Source of the DNA: a virus
Taxonomy: Duplodnaviria > Caudoviricetes
Length of the DNA stretch: 64,000 bases
Strand: one strand, 5' to 3'
Virus record (IMG/VR): IMGVR_UViG_3300037466_003369
Coordinates: 1-64,000 of that record
Part shown: in pieces, positions 9,013-17,587 of the stretch
Numbering within the stretch: the first letter of the stretch is position 1
Layout of the letters: every line of letters starts with the position of its first letter
Translations under genes and position numbers: made by a program
Notes under the pieces: model-generated
The model's input: only the letters and a program-made list of their open reading frames with translations
Database searches by the model: none
What the model was told of the DNA's origin: nothing

Positions 9013-9177
9013 ATGCCGAGCAAGTCTCCCGAGCAGCGGCGTCTGATGGCCGCCGCCGCGCATGATCCGAAGTTCGCGGCCAAGGTCGGCGTGCCGCAGA
9101 AGGTGGCCAAGGAGTTCAACCGCGCCGACCAGCACGAGGGCCAGGATCGGAGCTTCCAGAGGATCAAGGCCCTCTGA
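9013..9177 (+). CDS. Small basic phage protein (54 aa), not in the ORF track
   Basis: GGAGAG RBS; MPSKSPEQRRLMAAAAHDPKFAAKVGVPQKVAKEFNRADQHEGQDRSFQRIKAL; TGATG-coupled to the portal. Confidence 0.75.
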   Translation: MPSKSPEQRRLMAAAAHDPKFAAKVGVPQKVAKEFNRADQHEGQDRSFQRIKAL

Positions 9178-11873
9178 TGTGGCCCTTCCGGCGGGGGCCG
9201 GCGAAGCCGGCCGAACCCGCGAAGGCCGCCGAGCCGGCGCGCCCGGCCAAGCGGCGCATCAGCGACACCGCCATCGCCCGCGTCATGGAGCGGCGGCCGG
9301 GCGGCTTCATGCTGACGCCGCTGAGCGAGACCCCGCGCGTCGAGCGTCCTTTCGAGCCCGCCAAGCCGCTGACCAAGGACGCCCCGGAGATGGCCTTCGA
9401 CTCCGGCGTCGAGGACGTCTTCGCGCAGCTCAACTCGGCGACCTACAACTTTGGCGAAGGCATCGGCTTCATGGGCTACGGCTACTTGGCCGAGCTTGCC
9501 CAGCGCCCCGAGTACCGCCGCGGATGCGAGGTCTTGGCGCGGGAGATGACCCGCCGCTGGATCAAGCTGACCTACAACGGCGAGGAGGACGACATCGAGC
9601 CGGAGGCCGAGGGCGACGAGGAGGACGCCACGCCCGGCGAGGCCGACAAGGACGCCGAGCAACCTGAGCCCGAAGCGCAGAAGTCCGATGTCGATCCCGA
9701 ACGGGGTGATCCGCCGGGGATCGGGCACAACAAGCCGCCGCGTCCGGCCCGGAGGGTCAAGCCCAGCGACGAGAAGCTGAAGCGGATCGAGGCGGAGCTG
9801 AAGCGCCTGAAGGTGCGCGAGGCGTTCCGTCGCGTGGCCGAACTGGACGGCGTCTTCGGCCGTGGCCACATCTACCTGGACACCGGCGACACCGAAAAGC
9901 CGGATGAGCTGAAGACCCCGCTGACGGTCAGCAAGGTCAAGATCGGCCGGCGTAAGAAGCTGAAGCGCCTCGTCGTCGTCGAGCCGACCTGGACCTATCC
10001 GCAGAACTACGACAGTCGCGATCCGCTGAAGCCGGAGTTCTTCGAGCCGCAGAACTGGCTCGTGATGCAGAAGTCGGTCCACGCGAGCCGACTGCTGACC
10101 TTCGTGGGCCGCGAGGTCCCGGACATGTTGAAGCCGGCCTACTCGTTCGGCGGCCTCAGCCTGATCCAGATGGCCAAGCCGTACGTCGACAACTGGCTGC
10201 GCACCCGCCAGTCGGTCAGCGACATCCTGCACGCCTTCACCGTCTGGGTGGTGAAGACAGACCTCAACGACATCCTGAACGGCAGCGACGACGGCGATCA
10301 GGTCGTCCGGCGGGCCGAGCTGTTCAACCGGGTCCGCGACAACCGTGGCCTGATGATGGTCGACAAGGAGAGCGAGGACTTCGCCAACGTCGCGGCGCCG
10401 CTCGCCGGGCTCGATCATCTGCAGGCCCAGGCCCAGGAGCAGATGGCCAGCGTCTTCGCCATCCCGCTGGTGGTCCTGCTCGGCATCACGCCCTCCGGCC
10501 TGAACGCCTCCAGCGACGGCGAGATCAGGGTCTTCTACGACTTCATCCACGCCTTCCAGGAGCACCTGTTCGGCCACGCGCTGCACATCATCCTGAAGAT
10601 CGTGCAGCTCTCGCTGTTCGGGGAGATCGACGAGGACATCGGCTTCGAGTTCCTGCCCCTTTGGCAGCCGACCGAGACCGATCAGGCGACGATCCGCAAG
10701 ACCAACGCCGACATCGACAAGGCCTACATCGACGGGGGCGTGCTCGATCCCTCCGAGGTCCGCGAGAAGATCGCCAACGACAAGGACAGCCCCTACCAGA
10801 ACATCGACCCCGACGCCGTGCCGGAGCCGCCGCAACCGCCGGGCGGCGATCCCTTCGGCGCCGATCCGGATGGCGAGGGCGGCTCAGAGGACGATCCGGA
10901 CAGTGGCTTCCCGCCCTCGTCCGGCGGCGGCGAGCGCCGGCCCGCGGTCCCCAAGGCCGGCGGCAACCCCAAGCCGCCCGAGCGCCGTCCGGCCGGCGGC
11001 GATCCCAAGCCCCCGCGGGCCCAGGACGCCGCCTTCAGGGAACAGGACCATCCCCGTGGCCAGCCGGGCAACGCCGGCCAGTTCGGCCCCGGTGGTGGAA
11101 AGTCTAAGACCGAGGCTCCGAAGCCGAAGTCCAAGGAGAAGGAAGCGGCCAAGGCGGCGCAGGAGCCCGCCAGCCCCAGGGAGCGTCCGCCGTTCTCCGA
11201 GGAGGAGCTGTCCGGGCTGCCGCACGTCGATGAGATCGATCAGCCGACCACGTCCTGGGAGGAGCTGAAGACCAAGGGCGAGGAGGGCCGCGCCGCCTTC
11301 GTCGAGGCGCTCTCCGTCGTGGCTGACAAGCTGAGGCTGCGGACCGACGTGACGCTGCCCGAGCAGTTGACGCCCGAGGACCTGGAGAGCGGCGACAACT
11401 TCCTGTTCGTGGCGCCGAACAAGTCCGAGGCCCGAGCGCGGGCCAAGATCGAGAGCGACTATGGCGGCAACTGGTCAAAGCTGCGCGACATGGTCCGCGC
11501 CTCGATCACCGTGTCGTCGATGGATGAGCTGCGGGCGGCTGTGATCGCCGCCGAGGACGCGGGCCTAGCCCTGGCGGCCAAGCCCAAGGACCGCTTCACC
11601 AAGCCGACGCCCGAGGGCTACCGCGATCTCAACACCCTTGTGCGGCTGCCCAACGGCATGGTGGCCGAGCTGCAGTTCCACCTGACGCCGATCATCGCGG
11701 CCAAGAACGAGGGCCACGTCCACTACGAGGCGCAGCAGCGCCTGACCCGCAAGAACGGCATGGAGGAGCCGGACGACACGTGGTCGCTTGAGGACATCGA
11801 GCGGTTCACCCAGGCGCGCGAGCGGCAGCGTGAGCTGTACGGCGCGGCCTGGGAGAAGGCGACGAAGGCCTAG
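9177..11873 (+). CDS. Portal protein (DUF1073 type) with C-terminal RelA/SpoT-family alarmone synthetase domain
   Basis: Position after TerL; VHASRLL, AQAQEQMA...IPLVVLLGITPSGLNASSDGE..FYD portal motifs; C-terminal NKSEARARAK, LRDMVRASI, GYRDLN, AELQFH, HVHYE. Confidence 0.85.
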   Translation: MWPFRRGPAKPAEPAKAAEPARPAKRRISDTAIARVMERRPGGFMLTPLSETPRVERPFEPAKPLTKDAPEMAFDSGVEDVFAQLNSATYNFGEGIGFMGYGYLAELAQRPEYRRGCEVLAREMTRRWIKLTYNGEEDDIEPEAEGDEEDATPGEADKDAEQPEPEAQKSDVDPERGDPPGIGHNKPPRPARRVKPSDEKLKRIEAELKRLKVREAFRRVAELDGVFGRGHIYLDTGDTEKPDELKTPLTVSKVKIGRRKKLKRLVVVEPTWTYPQNYDSRDPLKPEFFEPQNWLVMQKSVHASRLLTFVGREVPDMLKPAYSFGGLSLIQMAKPYVDNWLRTRQSVSDILHAFTVWVVKTDLNDILNGSDDGDQVVRRAELFNRVRDNRGLMMVDKESEDFANVAAPLAGLDHLQAQAQEQMASVFAIPLVVLLGITPSGLNASSDGEIRVFYDFIHAFQEHLFGHALHIILKIVQLSLFGEIDEDIGFEFLPLWQPTETDQATIRKTNADIDKAYIDGGVLDPSEVREKIANDKDSPYQNIDPDAVPEPPQPPGGDPFGADPDGEGGSEDDPDSGFPPSSGGGERRPAVPKAGGNPKPPERRPAGGDPKPPRAQDAAFREQDHPRGQPGNAGQFGPGGGKSKTEAPKPKSKEKEAAKAAQEPASPRERPPFSEEELSGLPHVDEIDQPTTSWEELKTKGEEGRAAFVEALSVVADKLRLRTDVTLPEQLTPEDLESGDNFLFVAPNKSEARARAKIESDYGGNWSKLRDMVRASITVSSMDELRAAVIAAEDAGLALAAKPKDRFTKPTPEGYRDLNTLVRLPNGMVAELQFHLTPIIAAKNEGHVHYEAQQRLTRKNGMEEPDDTWSLEDIERFTQARERQRELYGAAWEKATKA

Positions 11874-12058
11874 TCGCCGCCCATCATCCTCTGGGCCTCG
11901 GCCTCGTCGATGATGTCGCCCCACTCGACGCCCTTGGGGACGTCGCCGGTGTAGGCCACGAACTTCTTCTCCGTGGGGGACCAGACCTCGCTGGGCCACG
12001 CGCGGGACCTCCCGCGGAACAGCGCCCCCTCGTTCTCGATGTAGATGAATTTGGCCAT
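11870..12058 (-). CDS. Small antisense protein (62 aa), candidate immunity/antitoxin for the portal synthetase domain
   Basis: MAKFIYIENEGALFRG...; GGAG RBS; own promoter at 12137-12168; stop codons overlap the portal stop. Function is inferred. Confidence 0.7.
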   Translation of the reverse strand: MAKFIYIENEGALFRGRSRAWPSEVWSPTEKKFVAYTGDVPKGVEWGDIIDEAEAQRMMGGD

Positions 12059-12136
12059 CGTCTTCTCCGGTTTGGGACCTCCCTTGTGATGTGCGGGTGA
12101 GCGCGGCGCAACGCGCATTCGCGGGCCCACGCTCCT

Positions 12137-12168
12137 CATATAGGCGACCTTGAAACAAAAAGGAAGTG
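12137..12168 (-). promoter_or_regulatory. Leftward promoter (repeated phage motif) inside the late operon
   Basis: CAC-TTCCTT-17 nt-TATATG; 5' part CACTTCCTTTTT identical to the copy at 58791-58822. Confidence 0.7.
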
Positions 12169-12171
12169 GAA

Positions 12172-12258
12172 ATGTTCCACACCCTCTGGATCATGGTCGC
12201 CGGCTGCATCGTCGGCTTCCAGGCCTTCGGATACCTGACCCTGTTCCGGGCGGCCTGA
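12172..12258 (+). CDS. Small single-TM peptide (28 aa)
   Basis: MFHTLWIMVAGCIVGFQAFGYLTLFRAA; AAGGAAG upstream; ends 4 nt before MuF. Confidence 0.4.
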   Translation: MFHTLWIMVAGCIVGFQAFGYLTLFRAA

Positions 12259-12262
12259 CCGG

Positions 12263-13063
12263 GTGTCCATCCACCATCGCCAGCGACAGGTGATCCTGCC
12301 GCGGGTGGTCCCGAACGCGGGACTGCAGGCCTACTACCGCAAGCGCCTCGACCGGCTGATCGAGGCCATGCACGACTCGGTCGCCTACTGGGTGGCGCAG
12401 GCCTATCGCGCCAATCCGCCGGAGATCGCCCAGGACGAGAGCCCGGCCATGGCCATGCGGCGGCTGATGCGCAAGCTGGCCAGTCGCTGGAACCGCGAGT
12501 TCGACAAGCTGGCCAGGAAGCTCTCGCCCGAGTTCGTGCGCCGCAACGGCCGGATGAGCGACACCCAGTTCATGGAGCACCTCAAGGCGGCCGGCTTCAC
12601 CGTGGAATTCTCCGTCAGCCGGCAGGTCAACGACGTGATGCAGGCGGCCATCGGCGAGAACGTGGCGCTCATCAAGTCGATCCCGCAGCAGTACCTGACC
12701 CAGGTGGAGGGCATGGTCCTGCGCTCGGTGCAGGCCGGACGCGACCTCTCCACCCTGTCGAAGGACCTGCAGCACCAGTACGGCGTCACGCGCCGCCGCG
12801 CGGCCTTCATTGCCAGGGATCAGAACAACAAGACCACCTCCGCGATCTATCGCGCTCGACAGCTCGAACTCGATATCGACGAGGCCATCTGGCACCACAG
12901 CCACGCAGGCAAGACGCCGAGGCCTAGCCACGTCGCCAACAACGGCAAGACCTACAAGGTCTCCGAGGGCTGGTACGACCCGGACCTGAAGAAGCGTATC
13001 TGGCCCGGCACGGAACCGAACTGCAGATGTACAGCCAAGTCGATCATTCGAGGGTTCATGTGA
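12263..13063 (+). CDS. MuF/SPP1 gp7-family head morphogenesis protein
   Basis: RAAFIARDQNNK, AIWHHS, WPGTEPNCRCTA. Confidence 0.9.
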   Translation: MSIHHRQRQVILPRVVPNAGLQAYYRKRLDRLIEAMHDSVAYWVAQAYRANPPEIAQDESPAMAMRRLMRKLASRWNREFDKLARKLSPEFVRRNGRMSDTQFMEHLKAAGFTVEFSVSRQVNDVMQAAIGENVALIKSIPQQYLTQVEGMVLRSVQAGRDLSTLSKDLQHQYGVTRRRAAFIARDQNNKTTSAIYRARQLELDIDEAIWHHSHAGKTPRPSHVANNGKTYKVSEGWYDPDLKKRIWPGTEPNCRCTAKSIIRGFM

Positions 13064-13233
13064 TGCCGGACGAGAGAGACGCGCCGATGTTCCTTTATCG
13101 CGGCCCGAAGGCGGACGACGACTGGACGCCGCCGACCTTCGGCATGGGCGTGGTCATCGGGGTGCTCGGCGGCCTCGTCGTCGCCGCCCTGATCAGCGCC
13201 GTCGTCACGCTGCCCTGGACCTACCTTGGCTGA
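13063..13233 (+). CDS. Small membrane protein (56 aa)
   Basis: TGATG-coupled to MuF; hydrophobic [24 protein letters not shown]. Confidence 0.55.
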   Translation: MPDERDAPMFLYRGPKADDDWTPPTFGMGVVIGVLGGLVVAALISAVVTLPWTYLG

Positions 13234-15076
13234 CGGCGCCGGCGTCATGCTGCAGGCGCCGGGCAACCGGCTCCTCGTCCTGCGGCGTAGTCAGGAGAGC
13301 GATCATCCGGGGACCTACTGCTTCCCCGGCGGCGGCGTGGAGGAGGGCGAGACCTACGAGGACGCCGCGCGTCGCGAGCTGCACGAGGAGACCGGCTTCG
13401 ACTACCAGGGGCCACTCGCGCAGGTCGACGACCGCGATGGCTTCGTCACCTTCCGCGCCGAGCTGCCCGAGGAATTTGATCCCGAGCTGAACGACGAGCA
13501 CACCGAGGCCCGCTGGATCGAGCCTGGCGAGCACGACGCGGAGCCGCTGCATCCCGGCGTCAGGGCCACCCTCAGTGAGATGGGCTTCGCCATGGATCAA
13601 TCCATCCGCAAGCGCGCGCTCGCCTTCGACCGCGCCACGGTTCGCTCCTTCACCGTGGACGGCCGGCTGCAGGTCGAGCTGAACCCGATCTCCAAGGCCA
13701 ACGTCTGCCCCTACTACGGCGAGGAGATTCCGGACCACGAGAAGCTCGGTCTGGACCCTAAGCGCGTCTACATGCTGCTGCGCGATCCGGAGGAACTGGC
13801 CAAGGCGGCGGAGACCTTCAATGGCGTCCCGCTGCTGCTGATCCACAAGCCCTCCACCGCGGACGAGCACCCGCGCGAGCTGACCATCGGGACCACCGGC
13901 ACGGACGCCGCCTGGGAGGACCCGTACCTCAAAAACACCCTCGTGGTCTGGGACGCCGAGGGTATCGAGGCCATCGAATCCGACGAGCAGAAAGAGCTGT
14001 CGTCCGGCTACCGCTACCGCGCCGACATGACCCCCGGCGTGTTCAACGGCGAGAACTACGACGGGGTCATGCGGGACATCGTCGGAAACCACGTCGCCCT
14101 CGTCGAGGAGGGCCGCGCAGGACCCGACGTTGTCGTTGGCGATTCCAAACCAAGGAACCTCATGATGAAGATCAAGACTGCCGCGCTGCCGTCTCGGAAG
14201 GCCCTGCTTGTCCAGGGCGCCGTGGCGGCGGTCCTCGCGCCGATGATCGCCCAGGATGCCAAGCTCATCGACCTGGGCGGGGTGTTCAAGGGCGTCAACC
14301 GGAAGAACTACGCCGCCCAGCGGGACAACATCGTCTCGCGCCTGAAGCTGGCCACCGACAAGCGTCTGGCCAAGGACGCCGACTTGGAGGACGTGGTCGC
14401 CGTGATCGACGCCCTGAAGGGCGTCAACGGCGGCGACGCCGACGAGGACGACGTCACCATCGATGCCGATCTCGTGCCCGGAGCCGCCGACCCGGCCGAT
14501 CCGGAGAAGACCAATCCGGGCGTCTCCGGCGAGGACGAGGAGGAGGGCGGCCACGAGGCCTTCATGGCCAAGCTGAAGGCCAAGCTGGACGACGCCACCT
14601 ACGCCAAGGTGGTCTCGGCCATGTCCCCGTCCGCCGCCCCCGCGCAGGGCGCGACCGACGAGGAGAAAGACAAGAACGAGGAGCCCGGCGCCGAGGACGA
14701 GGAGGGACCCGAGAAGAAGCCCGAATTCGTCTCCAAGGGCGCGATGGACAAGGCCATCAACGCGGCCTCCGCCAAGGCGGTCAAGGACACCATCACGCGC
14801 CTCGCCGCCGTCCGCGAGGCGGAGAACATCTGTCGCCCGCACATCGGCGAGCTGGCCATCGCCATGGACTCCGCGGAGGCCGTCTACAAGCACACGCTGC
14901 AGACGGTCTGCCCCGACCGCGACCTCACCGGCATCCACCCCAGCGCCTTCCGGGCCATGGTGGAGATGCTCCCCACGGGCTCCGAGCCCAAGACCCCGCG
15001 GCTCGCCCAGGACGCCAAGAAGGCCAAGGCCTTCGAAGAGCGCTACCCCGGCGCCGACCGCATCAAGAGCCTTTAA
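13226..15076 (+). CDS. Nudix hydrolase fused to DUF2213 head maturation protease/scaffold protein
   Basis: Complete Nudix box [23 protein letters not shown] (13331-13399); DUF2213 motifs [29 protein letters not shown]; acidic/helical scaffold-like tail. Confidence 0.9.
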   Translation: MADGAGVMLQAPGNRLLVLRRSQESDHPGTYCFPGGGVEEGETYEDAARRELHEETGFDYQGPLAQVDDRDGFVTFRAELPEEFDPELNDEHTEARWIEPGEHDAEPLHPGVRATLSEMGFAMDQSIRKRALAFDRATVRSFTVDGRLQVELNPISKANVCPYYGEEIPDHEKLGLDPKRVYMLLRDPEELAKAAETFNGVPLLLIHKPSTADEHPRELTIGTTGTDAAWEDPYLKNTLVVWDAEGIEAIESDEQKELSSGYRYRADMTPGVFNGENYDGVMRDIVGNHVALVEEGRAGPDVVVGDSKPRNLMMKIKTAALPSRKALLVQGAVAAVLAPMIAQDAKLIDLGGVFKGVNRKNYAAQRDNIVSRLKLATDKRLAKDADLEDVVAVIDALKGVNGGDADEDDVTIDADLVPGAADPADPEKTNPGVSGEDEEEGGHEAFMAKLKAKLDDATYAKVVSAMSPSAAPAQGATDEEKDKNEEPGAEDEEGPEKKPEFVSKGAMDKAINAASAKAVKDTITRLAAVREAENICRPHIGELAIAMDSAEAVYKHTLQTVCPDRDLTGIHPSAFRAMVEMLPTGSEPKTPRLAQDAKKAKAFEERYPGADRIKSL

Positions 15077-15088
15077 GGAGAGCCCCCG

Positions 15089-16012
15089 ATGGCTGACTTC
15101 CAAACCCAGGTGAACGTCCAGCCGGCCCCGGCCGTGGCGGGCGACTTCGCCTCCGCCAATCCGCGCTGGTCGGTCGACGCCGGCCCCGGCGGCCTCGTGG
15201 CCGGCGTCGGCGGCGTGACCGTGGGTCGCTTCGCGTGGTGGGACAATGCGAACCACCGCACCGTGCTGAACAGCGGCGCGGGCGCGCCGACCGGCTTCGT
15301 CCACCGTGAGCAGCAGGCGCTCATCACCACCTACCTCGCGGCGGCCTCCAACGTGGTCCCGGTGGGCTTCGGGATCACCCTGATGTCCGGCGGCGACTTC
15401 TGGGTGCTGAACGATGGCTCGACCGAGGCCCTGGTGGGCCAGAAGGCCTACGCCGACCTCGCCACCGGCAAGGTCTCGTTCGCCGCCACCGGCTCGGCCT
15501 CCACCGCCTCGGTGACCGGCTCCATCGCCGCCTCCACCGCCTCGGTGACCGGCTCCATCGCCGACAACGTGCTGACGGTGACCGCGGTCGCCTCCGGCAC
15601 GCTGGTGGTGGGCGGCACGCTGAGCGGTACCGGCGTGGCCACCGGCACGCAGATCGTGGCCCAGCTCTCCGGCACGCCGGGCGGCATCGGAACCTACTCG
15701 GTCAACATCGGCGAGCAGACCGTCAGTTCCACCGCGATCTCCGAGACCTACGGCACGCTGACCGTGACCGCCGTGGGCTCGGGCGCGCTGGTGCTGGGCG
15801 CCGTGCTCTCGGGCACGGGCGTCACCGCGGGCACGATCATCACCGCCCTCCTGACCGGCGCCGGCGGCACGGGGACCTACGTGGTTTCCCCGACGCAGAC
15901 GGCCGGCTCGACCACCATCACCGCGACGACCAACGTCGAGACCAAGTGGGTCTGCATGTCCCAGGGTCTGCCCGGCGAACTCGTCAAGATCAGCTCCCAC
16001 GTGCTGGGCTAA
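15089..16012 (+). CDS. Head decoration/cement protein with two inserted G/T-rich beta modules
   Basis: Between DUF2213 and capsid genes; [20 protein letters not shown] and [11 protein letters not shown], a pattern typical of this slot. Confidence 0.7.
   Translation: MADFQTQVNVQPAPAVAGDFASANPRWSVDAGPGGLVAGVGGVTVGRFAWWDNANHRTVLNSGAGAPTGFVHREQQALITTYLAAASNVVPVGFGITLMSGGDFWVLNDGSTEALVGQKAYADLATGKVSFAATGSASTASVTGSIAASTASVTGSIADNVLTVTAVASGTLVVGGTLSGTGVATGTQIVAQLSGTPGGIGTYSVNIGEQTVSSTAISETYGTLTVTAVGSGALVLGAVLSGTGVTAGTIITALLTGAGGTGTYVVSPTQTAGSTTITATTNVETKWVCMSQGLPGELVKISSHVLG
15497..15562 (+). repeat. Perfect 33-nt in-frame tandem duplication ([11 protein letters not shown] x2)
   Basis: GCCTCCACCGCCTCGGTGACCGGCTCCATCGCC repeated twice. 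Confidence 0.95.
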
Positions 16013-16026
16013 GGAGTGTCCCTGAG

Positions 16027-17115
16027 ATGAACTACCACGACGCACAGACCCAGTGGACGGACGACGCTCCGCTGCTGGCCGCCAAGGGCGTGGTGCTCCC
16101 CGACGCCAAGGCGTACAAGCCCGACGAGTTCGGCGCCGACTACGGCTTCGCGATGGACGCCCAGCCGGCCCTGGTCACCCAGTCCAACGCCGGCATCCCG
16201 GCGTTCCTCACCACCATGGTCGATCCGGCGGTCATCCGGATTCTGCTGGCCCCGAACAAGGCCGCGACCATCTTCGGCGAGGTCAAGAAGGGTTCCTGGC
16301 TGGACGAGACGGCGATGTTCCCCATCGTCGAGCGCACCGGCGAGGTGAGCACCTACGGCGACTTCAACGAGAACGGCCACGCCGGGGTCAACACCAACTG
16401 GCCGCAGCGCCAGAGCTACCTGTTCCAGGTGGTGAAGGAGTGGGGCGAGCGCGAGCTTGAACGCGCCGGCCTCGCCCGCATCAACTGGGCCTCGGAGATC
16501 GACGAGGCGGCGGCGATCCAGCTCATGAAGTACTCCAACCTGACGTATTTCTTCGGCGTCGCCGGGTTGCAGAACTACGGGCTGCTGAACGACCCGAACC
16601 TGTCGGCGTCGCTGACCCCCGCCACGAAGACCTACGGTGGCGTCAAGTGGATCAACAACGGCGTCGTCGTGGCCACGGCCAACGAGGTCTACAACGACAT
16701 CCAGTCGATCTTCCTGCAGCTCGTCAACCAGTCTGGCGGCCTGATCGACCAGGAGTCGCAGATGACCCTGGCCATGTCGCCCAGCTCGGCCGTGGCCCTG
16801 ACCGCGACCAACAGCTTCAACGTCAGCGTCGCCGACCTGCTGAAGAAGAACTTCCCCAACCTGAAGCTGGAGACCGCGGTCCAGTACGGGGCGCTCTCGG
16901 CCACCAACACGCAGGGCGTGGCCGCCGGCAACCTCGTGCAGCTCATCGCCTCCAACGTCGAGGGACAGGACACCGGCTACTGCGCCTTCAACGAGAAGAT
17001 GCGCGCCCACCCGGTCATCCGCGCGATGTCCTCCTTCAAGCAGAAGGTCACGTCCGGCACCTGGGGCGCGATCATCCGTCAACCGTTCGCCATCGCGTCG
17101 ATGGTGGGAGTCTGA
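16027..17115 (+). CDS. Major capsid protein (DUF2184 type)
   Basis: AAGGAG RBS; AMDAQPAL, GEVKKGSW, GEVSTYGD, YFFGVAGLQNYGLLNDPNL, TSGTWGAIIRQP. Confidence 0.9.
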   Translation: MNYHDAQTQWTDDAPLLAAKGVVLPDAKAYKPDEFGADYGFAMDAQPALVTQSNAGIPAFLTTMVDPAVIRILLAPNKAATIFGEVKKGSWLDETAMFPIVERTGEVSTYGDFNENGHAGVNTNWPQRQSYLFQVVKEWGERELERAGLARINWASEIDEAAAIQLMKYSNLTYFFGVAGLQNYGLLNDPNLSASLTPATKTYGGVKWINNGVVVATANEVYNDIQSIFLQLVNQSGGLIDQESQMTLAMSPSSAVALTATNSFNVSVADLLKKNFPNLKLETAVQYGALSATNTQGVAAGNLVQLIASNVEGQDTGYCAFNEKMRAHPVIRAMSSFKQKVTSGTWGAIIRQPFAIASMVGV

Positions 17116-17118
17116 TCC

Positions 17119-17583
17119 ATGGCCGATGCCTCCAACGACACTGCCAAGACGGTCACCGTCGCCTGCAAGATGCCCAACGGCGTCCTGCTGCGGCTGTTCA
17201 AGGCCGAGACCGTGCAGGAGCCCGTCCCCGGCGGCGGCTTCCGCGACGTCCAGGTGATGCGGCACACCGGCGACGTGGTGAAGATCAACGGCTACGCGGC
17301 CGAGGCCGGCAAGTCGCCGGCCTCGCCGATGACCGACGAGGGCTACGCGCTCACCTACGGCGTCTCCAAGGATTTCTGGGACCAGTGGCTGTCCCAGAAC
17401 CGCGATCTCGCCATGGTCGAGAACAAGCTGATCTTCGCGCACGCCAGCTCGCAGTCGGCGAAGGCCGAATCGCGCGACCACGCCAAGACCCGCAACGGCC
17501 TGGAGCCGATGGCCATTAAGGGCGATCCGCGCAGCCCGAGGAGCCCGCGGGTCGGCGAGATCGAGAAGGCCGAGGCGGCCTGA
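17119..17583 (+). CDS. Conserved head-region hypothetical protein
   Basis: VTVACKMPNGVLL; follows the capsid gene. Confidence 0.75.
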   Translation: MADASNDTAKTVTVACKMPNGVLLRLFKAETVQEPVPGGGFRDVQVMRHTGDVVKINGYAAEAGKSPASPMTDEGYALTYGVSKDFWDQWLSQNRDLAMVENKLIFAHASSQSAKAESRDHAKTRNGLEPMAIKGDPRSPRSPRVGEIEKAEAA

Positions 17584-17587
17584 TCCG

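Noticed and set aside
9177-10830. Calling the DUF1073 portal an anti-CBASS Acb1 nuclease
   Set aside because: Some databases attach that name to this family, but no 2H phosphoesterase HxT/HxS pair was seen; the appended domain is a synthetase
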